From Candidatus Cloacimonadales bacterium (GTDB lineage: Bacteria > Cloacimonadota > Cloacimonadia > Cloacimonadales > JAFGVF01), in assembly GCA_963678315.1 (NCBI GenBank), contig OY782781.1, positions 32,001-96,000 of the forward strand: a DNA stretch of 64,000 nt, in the 5' to 3' direction. Shown here one piece after another: positions 30,968-40,829 of the stretch. Both the position numbers and the translations under genes were made by a program. Numbering within the stretch: position 1 is the first letter of the stretch; every line of letters begins with the position of its first letter. The notes below the pieces were generated by a model. That model was given only the letters and a program-made list of their open reading frames with translations, made no database searches and was not told the DNA's origin.

Positions 30968-33052
30968 TTAAGAAACTTGGAAAGTCTTTCTCATTTTATA
31001 TTCTTCTTGCTTGCCTTCATTCCACTGAGCAACAGGTCTGAGGTAACCAACAACACGAGAATATATTTCAGTTTCACTTTGACAAATTGGACATCTTATT
31101 TGTTCTCCATCAATATATCCATGAACAGGACACACGCTAAATGTTGGAGAGAATGTGAAATAAGGAAGTCTATAATTCTCACAAACTTTTCTAACTAAAT
31201 TCTTTACTGAATCAGGGTTAGAAATCTTCTCACCACCAAAGATATGAAGAACAGTTCCACCAGTATATTTTGTTTGCAAAGGATCTTGTAAGTCTAAGGC
31301 TTCGAATACATCTTCTGTAAAGTTAACAGGTAATTGAGTTGAATTAGTATAGAAAGGTTTCTTAGTGCTTGGATCATTGTTAGCAACGACAATAGAAGGA
31401 TATTTCTTTCTATCAAGTTGAGCTAAACGATAGGTAGTACCTTCAGCAGGAGTAGCTTCTAAATTGTAGTTATTGCCTGTCTCTTCTTGATAAGAGATGA
31501 GAACATCACGCATGTAATCCATAACTTCAACAGCAAAATTTGCACCATCTTCAGATGTAATATCCTTTCCTAAGAAATTAAGACAAGCTTCATTCATACC
31601 AATCAAACCAATAGTAGAGAAATGATTCTTCCAATACTGATTAAATCTTTGCTTAATCTCTTTTAAGTAGAAACTAGTATATGGGTAAAGGTTAGAATCA
31701 GTGAAAGATTCTAGTACCTTACGTTTGATTTCTAGACTTCTTTTAGCAGTATTCATTAGACCATTTAAACGAGCTAAGAAATCATCTTTAGACTCTGCTA
31801 AATAGGCTATTCTAGGTAAATTGATAGTAACAACTCCGATAGAACCTGTCAAAGGATTTGCACCGAATAGTCCACCACCTCGGGCTTCAAGTTTTCTAGT
31901 ATCTAATCTTAATCTACAACACATAGAACGTGAGTCTTCTGGGCTCATATCTGAATTGACAAAATTAGAGAAATACGGAATACCATACTTGCCTGTTGCT
32001 TCCCAAAGAAGGTCTAAATCTTTATTATCCCAGTCAAAATCTTTTGTTATATTATAAGTTGGTATTGGGAAGGAGAATACACGACCTTTAGCATCACCTT
32101 CTGTCATAATTTCTAAGAAAGCTTTATTAATCATTATCATTTCATCAGTGAAATCGCCATAAGTTTCAGGCATTAATTCACCGCCAATGATAACATTTTG
32201 GTCCTTATAGATTTTAGGAGGAATTAAATCCATAGTTATATTAGTAAATGGGGTTTGGAAGCCAACTCTAGTAGGGACATTGATGTTAAAGATGAATTCT
32301 TGCATAGCTTGCTTAACTTCTGCGTAAGAAAGGTTATCATATTTAATGAAAGGAGCAAGAAGAGTATCGAAGCTTGAGAAAGCTTGAGCACCAGCAGCTT
32401 CACCTTGTAGTGTATAGAAGAAGTTAACTATCTGACCAAGAAGGCTTCTAAAGTGCTTAGCAGGTCTACTTTCAATCTTACCTACAGCGCCAGTAAAGCC
32501 GATTCTAATTAGATTATACAAATCCCAACCTACACAATATACAGACAATAAGCCTAAATCATGAATATGAATATCACCTTCAATGTGAGCTTCTTTTATT
32601 TCTTGAGGGTAAATCTTATTGAGCCAATATGTCTTACTTACTTCAGAAGCAATATAATTGTTAAGCCCTTGAAGTGAATAAGCCATATTGCTATTCTCAT
32701 TTACTTGCCAATCTAACTTCTTTAAGTATTGGTCTATTAAGTCAACATTAGCTTTTGATACTATCTCTCTCATTTTAGCATGTTGATCACGGTAAATGAT
32801 GTAGCCTTTTGCTGTTTTCTTGAAAGTTGAAGATAATAATATCTCTTCAACAATATCTTGAATCTGTTCAATTGTAACTATCTGTTCATTGTATAATTGA
32901 AGAGCTAGGTTTACTACTTTTAAGGTTAAATTACTTGCTGTCTTTTCATCAAATTCTTGTGTGGCTGTACCAGCTCTTAGAATAGCTTTTTCGATTTTAC
33001 TTTTATCAAAAGGAACTATCTCTCCAGTTCTTCTCTTTACGGCTTTAATCAT
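30968..33052 (-). CDS. nrdD: Anaerobic (class III) ribonucleoside-triphosphate reductase with ATP-cone
   Basis: VKRRTG...FDKSKI ATP-cone, SMCCRL, EATPAE, CPVH/CPIC, YSRVVGYL glycyl-radical motif; ATG 33052 follows GGAG. Confidence 0.95.
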   Translation of the reverse strand: MIKAVKRRTGEIVPFDKSKIEKAILRAGTATQEFDEKTASNLTLKVVNLALQLYNEQIVTIEQIQDIVEEILLSSTFKKTAKGYIIYRDQHAKMREIVSKANVDLIDQYLKKLDWQVNENSNMAYSLQGLNNYIASEVSKTYWLNKIYPQEIKEAHIEGDIHIHDLGLLSVYCVGWDLYNLIRIGFTGAVGKIESRPAKHFRSLLGQIVNFFYTLQGEAAGAQAFSSFDTLLAPFIKYDNLSYAEVKQAMQEFIFNINVPTRVGFQTPFTNITMDLIPPKIYKDQNVIIGGELMPETYGDFTDEMIMINKAFLEIMTEGDAKGRVFSFPIPTYNITKDFDWDNKDLDLLWEATGKYGIPYFSNFVNSDMSPEDSRSMCCRLRLDTRKLEARGGGLFGANPLTGSIGVVTINLPRIAYLAESKDDFLARLNGLMNTAKRSLEIKRKVLESFTDSNLYPYTSFYLKEIKQRFNQYWKNHFSTIGLIGMNEACLNFLGKDITSEDGANFAVEVMDYMRDVLISYQEETGNNYNLEATPAEGTTYRLAQLDRKKYPSIVVANNDPSTKKPFYTNSTQLPVNFTEDVFEALDLQDPLQTKYTGGTVLHIFGGEKISNPDSVKNLVRKVCENYRLPYFTFSPTFSVCPVHGYIDGEQIRCPICQSETEIYSRVVGYLRPVAQWNEGKQEEYKMRKTFQVS

Positions 33053-33507
33053 CTGCACTCCCAAAACGTTAAATCATTATATGTGTATCATTTAGAATCT
33101 TATTCTATCATTATTCATTCATAGCTTTTTGCTTTATTACTGATTAAAATATATAAGTTTATCATCTTGTCAACAGCAATTTATTATTAAGTTTTTATGC
33201 CCTTTACAACTCATATTTATACATAATATTAGAGAATTTTATTAATGTGTTTTTTATAAAATACTAGCTACTAGTCAATGATATTTTTCTATAATATTTC
33301 CTAAAAAATTTTGAAATATCTTGTTTAGAATTTCAATGTTGTTTTCTATCCACAAAATATATATTACATAAAAAGCTAAGCCTTTATTAATCAATGTTCT
33401 TATCCTTTATGATAACAATTTCAAATAATTCTTAGGATAATCTTTTGCTAAATTAAATTTCTTGACTTATTTTCAGTGTCATTCTTTCTAAAAATATAGG
33501 AATAAAT

Positions 33508-34158
33508 ATGATAAAAAAAGTAATAATATATATAATGCTGTTAGTTTTCTCTTCACTAAGTAGCCAAATGGTCTTAGCTAGACTTCACTATTCAGGTGGT
33601 GGAGATTGGTATAACAATCCTGAAGTGCTGCCAAATCTAGCAAAATATGCTAATGAAAAGTTAAATACTAATTTCCTTATTGAAGAAAAGGTTATCCAGT
33701 TAAATGATGCTGAACTAGCAGATTACCCATTCATTTATGCAACAGGACATGGTAATATTAAATTCTCTGACCGAGAAGCTACTAATCTTAAAGAATACCT
33801 TATTAAGGGTGGATTTCTTTATGTAGATGACGACTATGGTTTAGATAAATCTTTTAGGAATGAGATAAGTAAGGTCTTTCCTAAAAGGGAATTAGTAGAA
33901 CTTCCAATAAGCCATGAACTATTCTCTTGTTACTATAAATTCAAGAAGGGCACTCCTAAAATCCATAAACATGATGATAAAAGACCACGCAGCTATGCTA
34001 TCTTTGATGATTATGGTAGAATAATGGTATTATACACTTTTGAAGCAAACATTTCTGATGGTTGGGCTGATGCAAACACTCATAAAGATTCTGTAGAAAC
34101 TAGAACAAAAGCCCTAAATATGGGAGTTAATATTCTGTATTATATACTAATGAGGTAA
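33508..34158 (+). CDS. DUF4159 family exported protein
   Basis: GGGDWY, PFIYATGHG, GGFLYVDDDYG, ISDGW, MGVNI. Confidence 0.8.
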   Translation: MIKKVIIYIMLLVFSSLSSQMVLARLHYSGGGDWYNNPEVLPNLAKYANEKLNTNFLIEEKVIQLNDAELADYPFIYATGHGNIKFSDREATNLKEYLIKGGFLYVDDDYGLDKSFRNEISKVFPKRELVELPISHELFSCYYKFKKGTPKIHKHDDKRPRSYAIFDDYGRIMVLYTFEANISDGWADANTHKDSVETRTKALNMGVNILYYILMR

Positions 34159-34159
34159 G

Positions 34160-34897
34160 ATGAAGATAATCGTAATTTCAGATACACACATCAAGTTCCA
34201 TGAGAAGCAAGAAGACTATGAAAGACGAATGTTAGTTTCAGACTTCCTCAACAGTCTCGATTCTAGCACTGACCTATTAGTCTTAAATGGAGATATTTTT
34301 GATCTATGGTTTGATTGGAAGACTGTCATTATCAAAGGCTACTATGACTTTGTTAGGGTTCTAGAGAATGTTAGATCTAAAGGTATTAAAATCGTTATGT
34401 TAGCAGGTAATCACGATTTCTGGTTTAATGGCTTTTTAGAAGAGCAGTTAGGCATAGAAGTCTATGACGACATTTATCAATTAGAAGATGGAAATAAGAA
34501 GTTCTTATTCACTCACGGAGACAAATATACAACTAATGATATTAGATACTTAATTTTTAGAAGCTTACTAAGAAACAAAGTAACTAAAGCTATTTTCAAC
34601 GTTATACATCCTGAGATAAGCCTTAACATAGGCAAATGTATGTCTCGTTCAAGTAGAAATAGACAAGATTCTAAAGATATTACTGAAAGAAAAGGGCAAG
34701 GCCTTAAAAACTTTGCTGAAAAGATGATTAATAAAGGATATGATTTTGTAGCAATGGGACATTCTCATAATCCACAGAAAACTAAAGTAGGAAAGGGTTA
34801 TTACTTAAATTCAGGAGATTGGATTAAGAGTAATACATACCTTGAGATTATTGATGGACAAGCAAATTTAATAGAATATAAAAAAGGGGATAATTAA
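34160..34897 (+). CDS. lpxH: UDP-2,3-diacylglucosamine diphosphatase (metallophosphoesterase)
   Basis: ISDTH, GDIFDLW, GNHDFW, HGD, GHSH, NSGDW. Confidence 0.85.
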   Translation: MKIIVISDTHIKFHEKQEDYERRMLVSDFLNSLDSSTDLLVLNGDIFDLWFDWKTVIIKGYYDFVRVLENVRSKGIKIVMLAGNHDFWFNGFLEEQLGIEVYDDIYQLEDGNKKFLFTHGDKYTTNDIRYLIFRSLLRNKVTKAIFNVIHPEISLNIGKCMSRSSRNRQDSKDITERKGQGLKNFAEKMINKGYDFVAMGHSHNPQKTKVGKGYYLNSGDWIKSNTYLEIIDGQANLIEYKKGDN

Positions 34898-35694
34898 TGA
34901 ATTTAAAGAAATTAACACTAATATTATGTATGGCTGGATTACTATTAACTGGCAACTTATTAGCTAAGAATACAACAGCTGTAATTAAAACTAATCTTGG
35001 TGACATTGAGCTTGAATTGACTGATACAACAACTCCAAAGACAGTTGATAACTTTATCAAATTGGCTAAGAAAGATTACTATAATGGCATCTACTTCCAC
35101 AGAGTAATTCCTGATTTTATGATTCAAGGTGGAGACCCTAACACTAAGAACGATAATCGTGGTGATGATGGTTCAGGTGGACCTGGCTATAAGTTCGAAG
35201 ATGAATGTTATATCAAAGAAGGTACTAAGAAGTTAACTGGTGAGATTACAGACCAAACTGCTGCTATTCGTGTATATCAAGAAGTTTTAATGCCTTATAT
35301 GCAAAAGAAAAGAGATAAAGCTGATCCTGAAATCTTAAAGATAATGACTGATATTAGAACCCAAAGAGCAATTGACCCTGTCTACGCTCATAACTATGAA
35401 TATTACTACGAGAAAACAGCTTCTGAACCACTTTATACCCAAGGTAAGCTAATTGCTTCTGTTGATTATGGAACACTTTGCATGGCTAATTCAGGACCTA
35501 ACACTAACGGTTCTCAGTTCTTTATCGTTACTAAAAAAGAGGGTGCATCATGGCTTAATGGTAAACACACTGTTTTTGGTAAAGTAACAAAGGGTATGGA
35601 TGTTGTTCATACAATAGAAGGCTTAAAACGTGATGCTAAAGATAATCCATTAGCTGAAAACCAAGCAATCATTAAATCTATTGAGATTAAATAA
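34897..35694 (+). CDS. Exported cyclophilin-type peptidyl-prolyl isomerase with internal insertion
   Basis: FHRVIPDFMIQGGDP, MANSGPNTNGSQFFI, WLNGKHTVFG; signal peptide. Confidence 0.92.
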   Translation: MNLKKLTLILCMAGLLLTGNLLAKNTTAVIKTNLGDIELELTDTTTPKTVDNFIKLAKKDYYNGIYFHRVIPDFMIQGGDPNTKNDNRGDDGSGGPGYKFEDECYIKEGTKKLTGEITDQTAAIRVYQEVLMPYMQKKRDKADPEILKIMTDIRTQRAIDPVYAHNYEYYYEKTASEPLYTQGKLIASVDYGTLCMANSGPNTNGSQFFIVTKKEGASWLNGKHTVFGKVTKGMDVVHTIEGLKRDAKDNPLAENQAIIKSIEIK

Positions 35695-35894
35695 TGAAAG
35701 CTATCTATACTTTTATTGATGATGAAGGAGCTAAGACTCATATTGTAGTTACCAAGATAAGAAGAGTATCTCTTGCTTTTGGTAGTTTAGTTATTGAATT
35801 TGATAACGGAGATAAAGAAACATTTGAAGTTGAAGAAGCTCCTAAAATTCTTAATGATATCATTGAGTCAATCGAAGAGTTTTATAAGAAGTGA
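35694..35894 (+). CDS. Small hypothetical protein
   Basis: Overlaps the stop of the upstream gene and the start of the downstream gene, implying translational coupling. Confidence 0.7.
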   Translation: MKAIYTFIDDEGAKTHIVVTKIRRVSLAFGSLVIEFDNGDKETFEVEEAPKILNDIIESIEEFYKK

Positions 35895-36583
35895 ATAAAA
35901 TAGGCTCTCAGATTCTTAATATAGTATCTGATACTAACGATAAATTTAATATATTTTCAAAAGAAGACAAGGCTGTCTTTGCTATCTCTGGTGGTAAAGA
36001 CTCTTTGTCTCTTTTAACATTATTACAATCCCATTTTAAAGAAATAAAGTGCCTTCATGTTAGAATATCCCCCACTTCTGATATTTCTTTTATAGAGTTT
36101 GCTAGTAATTTTCATAAAATTGATATAGTGGAAAGTGATATTTTAACTGAAGCTAGAAATTCTAAAAAGAATCCTTGTTTTATTTGTTCACGTAGAAGAA
36201 ATCAAAAAATATTTGAGTATGCTCAATCGCAAGGAATAAAGAAAGTAGTCTTTGCTCATAACCGAGAAGATGTAATTGAAACTCTATTGATGAATATGCT
36301 GTATTCAAGGAAAATATCAACTATGATGCCTAAACAAGTCCTCTTTGCTGGTAAAATTGAAGTTCTAAGACCTTTCTATGAAGTCCCAGAGATTCTGCTT
36401 TATAATTATAGTAAAGATATACCATCTATTAGTAAGTCTTGCGAGTTCGATGGAAATACCAAGAGACAGTATATCAAAGATCTAGTTAATCAAATAGCTC
36501 AAGAACACCCCAAGATTAATATCAAAGATAATATTTACAACTCTATTCTTGCCTTAGATAAAGACTTTATTCCCAAGTTATAA
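35891..36583 (+). CDS. ttcA: TtcA-family PP-loop ATPase (tRNA thiolation)
   Basis: SGGKDS, PCFICSRRR, HNREDVIETLLMN, LRPF. Confidence 0.75.
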   Translation: MNKIGSQILNIVSDTNDKFNIFSKEDKAVFAISGGKDSLSLLTLLQSHFKEIKCLHVRISPTSDISFIEFASNFHKIDIVESDILTEARNSKKNPCFICSRRRNQKIFEYAQSQGIKKVVFAHNREDVIETLLMNMLYSRKISTMMPKQVLFAGKIEVLRPFYEVPEILLYNYSKDIPSISKSCEFDGNTKRQYIKDLVNQIAQEHPKINIKDNIYNSILALDKDFIPKL

Positions 36584-37078
36584 ATACTTTACCCTTTTAG
36601 CATCATATCTATCTACAAATTTATTTTCTTGTGAAGAATCTGGATAACCAACTGGAATCACACAAAAAGGCTTCAAATTAGCTTGTAGCTTAAAGAGCTC
36701 TGCTAAATACTCCATTCTATCTTGCATTGGAGCAACGCCCAACCACACAGCACCTAATCCTTGATTTACTATTTCCAGAAGCATTGTTTGAGCACATGCA
36801 CCTAAATCTTGTTGCCAATAGTCAGGAGCCGTACATCTTTCCATATTGCCAAGCAATACTATTGCAAAAGCACAAGTAGCAACCATGCTAGAATATGGGC
36901 TCATCTCAGAAATCTTTTGTAATAGTACTTTATCTTTAACTATTAAAAACTCCCAGCCTTGTTGATTACAGGCTGAAGGAGATTGCATTCCTGCTCTTAA
37001 TATCTTTTCTATTTTATCATTTTCAACAGGTCTATGATCATACTTTCTAATACTTCTTCTTATATCAATAATATTCAT
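36578..37078 (-). CDS. Nitroreductase family protein
   Basis: RRSIRKY, SPSACNQQ, GLGAVWLG, IPVGYP. Confidence 0.92.
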   Translation of the reverse strand: MNIIDIRRSIRKYDHRPVENDKIEKILRAGMQSPSACNQQGWEFLIVKDKVLLQKISEMSPYSSMVATCAFAIVLLGNMERCTAPDYWQQDLGACAQTMLLEIVNQGLGAVWLGVAPMQDRMEYLAELFKLQANLKPFCVIPVGYPDSSQENKFVDRYDAKRVKYL

Positions 37079-37971
37079 TAATCCTCCAATAATTCTTTAA
37101 TTTTATTAGAAATTTGCAATTCATAATACTTTGGACCGGCTAAGTGATTATGCTCAATTTCAAGCATTTCTTTGGGTTGATTAGCTTTCTCATAAAGAGT
37201 TTCCCCCATCTTAAAAGGAATTATCTCATCTTCCCTACTATGAATAATTAACACAGGCTTATGATAGTTTTGAATAGACTCTTTTGCACTATATTTTTCT
37301 GCTACCAATATCCTACCCAACCAGCCAAAGAACTCTTTTCCTACATCTTTATGTGATGAGAAAGCCCCTTCAATGACTAGTCCATCAATTTTATCTTGAT
37401 TCTTCTCTGCTATAACCGCAGAAAGATGTCCACCTAATGACTGTCCATAGATTACTATTTTATCCTCAGCAATATCCTTTCTTGATAAGAGGTAATCCAA
37501 AGCACTTTGACCATCTATAATAACATTATCTCTTGTTGCTTGACCTTGAGAAAAACCAAAACCACTATAATCAAACATAAAAACCTTAAAACCATGATTG
37601 ACTAAAGGATAAATAGTGCCCAATTGGAAAAGAATATTCCCATAATTGCCATGATAATGCATAATAGTTATTCCATTTGCTTGATTATCTTCTATTGGAG
37701 ATAAGATCCAACCATTTAGCATATTCCCATTTTTACTTGGAAAAACTACACTTTCTATCTTGTAGCCAAGTGAATACTTTTCACCTTGCTGAGTAAAGAA
37801 ATGTGGTTGCAAGTTTTCATTTTTAAACTCTACTTGCAGAGTATCATTTTTACTCCTAATATTTAGTTTTCTTAAATCACTTGGTATCTTTCTAGGCTGT
37901 AAAAATTGATTATCAAAACTACAAGCACTAAGTAAAAATAAAAGAAATATAGTAAATAGACTCTTTCTCAT
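37078..37971 (-). CDS. Alpha/beta hydrolase lipoprotein
   Basis: Lipobox LSAC, HGN, DYSGFG, GQSLGG, HSREDEII. Confidence 0.87.
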   Translation of the reverse strand: MRKSLFTIFLLFLLSACSFDNQFLQPRKIPSDLRKLNIRSKNDTLQVEFKNENLQPHFFTQQGEKYSLGYKIESVVFPSKNGNMLNGWILSPIEDNQANGITIMHYHGNYGNILFQLGTIYPLVNHGFKVFMFDYSGFGFSQGQATRDNVIIDGQSALDYLLSRKDIAEDKIVIYGQSLGGHLSAVIAEKNQDKIDGLVIEGAFSSHKDVGKEFFGWLGRILVAEKYSAKESIQNYHKPVLIIHSREDEIIPFKMGETLYEKANQPKEMLEIEHNHLAGPKYYELQISNKIKELLED

Positions 37972-38050
37972 AAGGAACCCCTTTCTTCTATCCATAACAT
38001 TAGTTTAGATAACTTTAAAAATTCTCGTATATGTCAACACTTTCTTACTT

Positions 38051-38092
38051 GCGTCCTGCATAAAAAGGCAATTTAGTGCAGGAGGCTAGTAA
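38051..38092. repeat. Dispersed intergenic palindrome, family A, copy 3
   Basis: GCGTCCTGCATAAAAAGGCAATTTAGTGCAGGAGGCTAGTAA. Confidence 0.78.
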
Positions 38093-38137
38093 TTTTTGGC
38101 AATATCTGAGAATATTTAATAGATAAAGTGAGTATGT

Positions 38138-38172
38138 AAAAAAGAGTCCTCATTCTCTTTTTGAGGACTCTT
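38138..38172 (-). terminator. Intrinsic terminator
   Basis: AAGAGTCCTCA/TGAGGACTCTT stem, T-run on minus strand. Confidence 0.8.
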
Positions 38173-38192
38173 AATTTTATCCTTGAATGATA

Positions 38193-39842
38193 CTACTTTT
38201 GAAGTATCATCTTCTTTATTATTTGGGACTTATCAGTCATAATCTTATATAGATATACACCAGAAGTAACGTCTTGAGAAGCTTCATTAGTTCCCTTCCA
38301 GACCACTTGGTGATTACCTTTTACGAAATTATCAGAGACTAGTCTTTTAACTCTTTGACCTTTAAGGTTATATATATCTAGAACAACCTTACTATCTTGT
38401 GGGAGATTGAAGTTGATAGTTGTTTCAGGGTTAAAAGGATTTGGGTAATTTGATATAGTTAGATTATTTGGAGAATCAATATCATCTACATTTGGAGTTG
38501 CTTGTTGAACTGGCAAATTGAATTCTAAGATCTTACTAAGTTGAGTATTCAAACTTGAAAATTCTATTTCAAAGAGAAGTTCTTCCAAGTAATAATCACT
38601 TCCTAGATATTCGAAATCAAAGATAAATTCTAGACTACCAGTTTCTGATTCTAGCCAGTAGTAGTTAGTTTGGTCGTATTCTCCAATCAAAACACTTTCT
38701 TCTTGGCTAGAAACTCTTACAACTGGATAGTTAACATGTGCTGAACCGTAATTGCTTATATCCAAAGAGATAGTGTTATTACCTTCAACAACAATTCCAT
38801 TATGGGAAACAATCTCATAATCTGAAATCATTATTTCAGGAGCATAAGCTATTAGATAAATAGGAGCACTATTATGTCCAAAAATATCGCTTAATGAATA
38901 GAAAAGATGGAAGTTAAAGTCATCTTCAATGTTGTAATCAATGCTTACTTCATAAGGACCTAAGACAATCTCTTCACCAGGAACTAAACTCAAATTTTCA
39001 GTTACTGTTTCCATACTTACTTGCTGGTAAGGACTATAGGAGAAGAAAGATGTTCTTTCCGATGCAATTGGACCTAAATTCTTAATCCGATAAGACACGT
39101 TAAATGTTTCACCGAAAGTTAGCATATCATCCCAACCATCATCAATTATGACCTCTTCAACATTGAGATATGGTTGATTTAAGCTTTGGAAGTTTATTTC
39201 AAAATTGACATTGCCAATCGTTGGCTCTTCTGCACTAATCAATACCATTTCTGCATCTTCTTCTGAATATTGAGTATTGTACCAGATTTCACCATTATAA
39301 GCACCATAAAACATAAGTCCTACTTTGTAGTTACCAATGTTTAAGTCATCAAACTTATAGGAGTCACTTTCATCAACTTGCTCAAAACCCATAGAGATTG
39401 TTAGATTAGAATTTACAATATGTTTTAAAGTTACGAAGTAAAAAGTATTTTCAAAGAACATCTCATCTGCAATCAATCTTCCTGATATAGAGCCTCTATT
39501 AGTTAAGATTTTCTGAACAGCTAATTCAACACCAGCAATATGTTGATTAGAGTCAACAATATTGATGTGTTCTTCCATATAAGATGAAAAATAGTTCTCA
39601 GAGTATCCTGTACTAAGACGATATTCTCCTAACTCTACACCATCAATAAAGAAATATCCTTGATCATTAGTTTCAGCAGTAAATGTTACATTTTCCCAAG
39701 CGTTAGGTTCAACTCTTTGAAGATATACACTTATACCTTCAACTCCCTGTGGAGTTTCTATATTTATTATATTTCCAGCAACTGTTGCAGTCATCCCAAC
39801 AACTGGAATTAATATCAAAATCAAACTAAGTAATCTTTTCAT
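38193..39842 (-). CDS. Secreted acidic beta-rich protein with C-terminal FlgD-Ig/T9SS-like tail
   Basis: Signal peptide; NYPNPFNPETTINF...IYNLKGQRV...VWKG...SGVYLYK...KKMILQK; ATG 39842 follows GGAGG. Confidence 0.82.
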   Translation of the reverse strand: MKRLLSLILILIPVVGMTATVAGNIINIETPQGVEGISVYLQRVEPNAWENVTFTAETNDQGYFFIDGVELGEYRLSTGYSENYFSSYMEEHINIVDSNQHIAGVELAVQKILTNRGSISGRLIADEMFFENTFYFVTLKHIVNSNLTISMGFEQVDESDSYKFDDLNIGNYKVGLMFYGAYNGEIWYNTQYSEEDAEMVLISAEEPTIGNVNFEINFQSLNQPYLNVEEVIIDDGWDDMLTFGETFNVSYRIKNLGPIASERTSFFSYSPYQQVSMETVTENLSLVPGEEIVLGPYEVSIDYNIEDDFNFHLFYSLSDIFGHNSAPIYLIAYAPEIMISDYEIVSHNGIVVEGNNTISLDISNYGSAHVNYPVVRVSSQEESVLIGEYDQTNYYWLESETGSLEFIFDFEYLGSDYYLEELLFEIEFSSLNTQLSKILEFNLPVQQATPNVDDIDSPNNLTISNYPNPFNPETTINFNLPQDSKVVLDIYNLKGQRVKRLVSDNFVKGNHQVVWKGTNEASQDVTSGVYLYKIMTDKSQIIKKMILQK

Positions 39843-39924
39843 AATTACCTCCATTAAGATATTAATCTATTTCTTGTTAGAGACAACTAATTTTAAATAA
39901 ACTAACTATATTTTGAACCTTCTT

Positions 39925-40578
39925 TTATTTCTTCCTGCAAATGGCTAGGTAATTATCTTGTTCCATTCCATATTGTATTGTTTCTTCCACTATAGTCAAA
40001 CCAGCTTTGCCAATCATTTCCCTAATCTCATTAGGGCTATCAAATTGTCTTACTGATATTACTTGAGACCCCGTGTATACTTCTAAACATCTAGTTTTTT
40101 TGTTGTATGCTTTAAGTACTTCATCAATTTTGGGAGGATTGCACATTGTATTAATCCACAATTCTCCATTTTGGGAAAGAGAATTATATATTTTTGTCAT
40201 GGCATTGTCTCTATCATCTCCTATGATACAATGTAATAAAAAGCTATCTACAATTAGATCAAACTTCTTTTTATTTTTCCAATCTGTAATAAAATTGGTA
40301 CATCTGAAATCTACATTTGCCATGGACATAGTTTTTTTTCTTGCTGTTTGAATTGCATGTGAGGAAATATCAATACCTAAATAACTAATTGCTATTCTTT
40401 TAAATCCACTAAGATATGGAGCTGAACCACAACCAAGTTCTAACATTGCTATATTTCCATTTAAATGACTATTAGTAGTAAACCATAACCAATCATCTTC
40501 AAAATTGTATTCAGTTTCAGCCCAGTCTTCTTGCTTTTCATATATAGATTCATGTTGCGAATAATCTGCCAATAACAT
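39925..40578 (-). CDS. Class I SAM-dependent methyltransferase
   Basis: LELGCGS, GIDIS, FDLIVD; ATG 40578 follows AGGAGG. Confidence 0.85.
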   Translation of the reverse strand: MLLADYSQHESIYEKQEDWAETEYNFEDDWLWFTTNSHLNGNIAMLELGCGSAPYLSGFKRIAISYLGIDISSHAIQTARKKTMSMANVDFRCTNFITDWKNKKKFDLIVDSFLLHCIIGDDRDNAMTKIYNSLSQNGELWINTMCNPPKIDEVLKAYNKKTRCLEVYTGSQVISVRQFDSPNEIREMIGKAGLTIVEETIQYGMEQDNYLAICRKK

Positions 40579-40752
40579 GTTTCCTCCTAAAATTAATTTC
40601 AAGATTAATAATATTATCTGAGACGTCAATATAAATCACTAGATATAGATTTCTATTTAAACTATTTTAATTTTATATTATACCATTTATAATACCTTAT
40701 AATTTTTATAGCTATCAATAGTCTTTTTTTTTCTGTTTTAGAAGATTATTAG

Positions 40753-40780
40753 TTGACATCTTAAACAAATAATTTATAAT
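40753..40780 (+). promoter_or_regulatory. Sigma-70-type promoter of the fprA operon
   Basis: TTGACA-16 nt-TATAAT. Confidence 0.7.
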
Positions 40781-40829
40781 TTAAGAAAAGAATATTGAAG
40801 TACCTTATGGTACAAGTTAAGGAGAAGTA

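Noticed and set aside
30938..31198. 86-aa + strand ORF and similar short antisense ORFs throughout the track
   Set aside because: They overlap well-supported genes on the other strand or frame and show no recognisable motif.
40687..40703. PerR/Fur box upstream of fprA (TTATAATACCTTATAA)
   Set aside because: Spacing is one base off the PerR consensus and the region is extremely AT-rich, so a chance match is likely.
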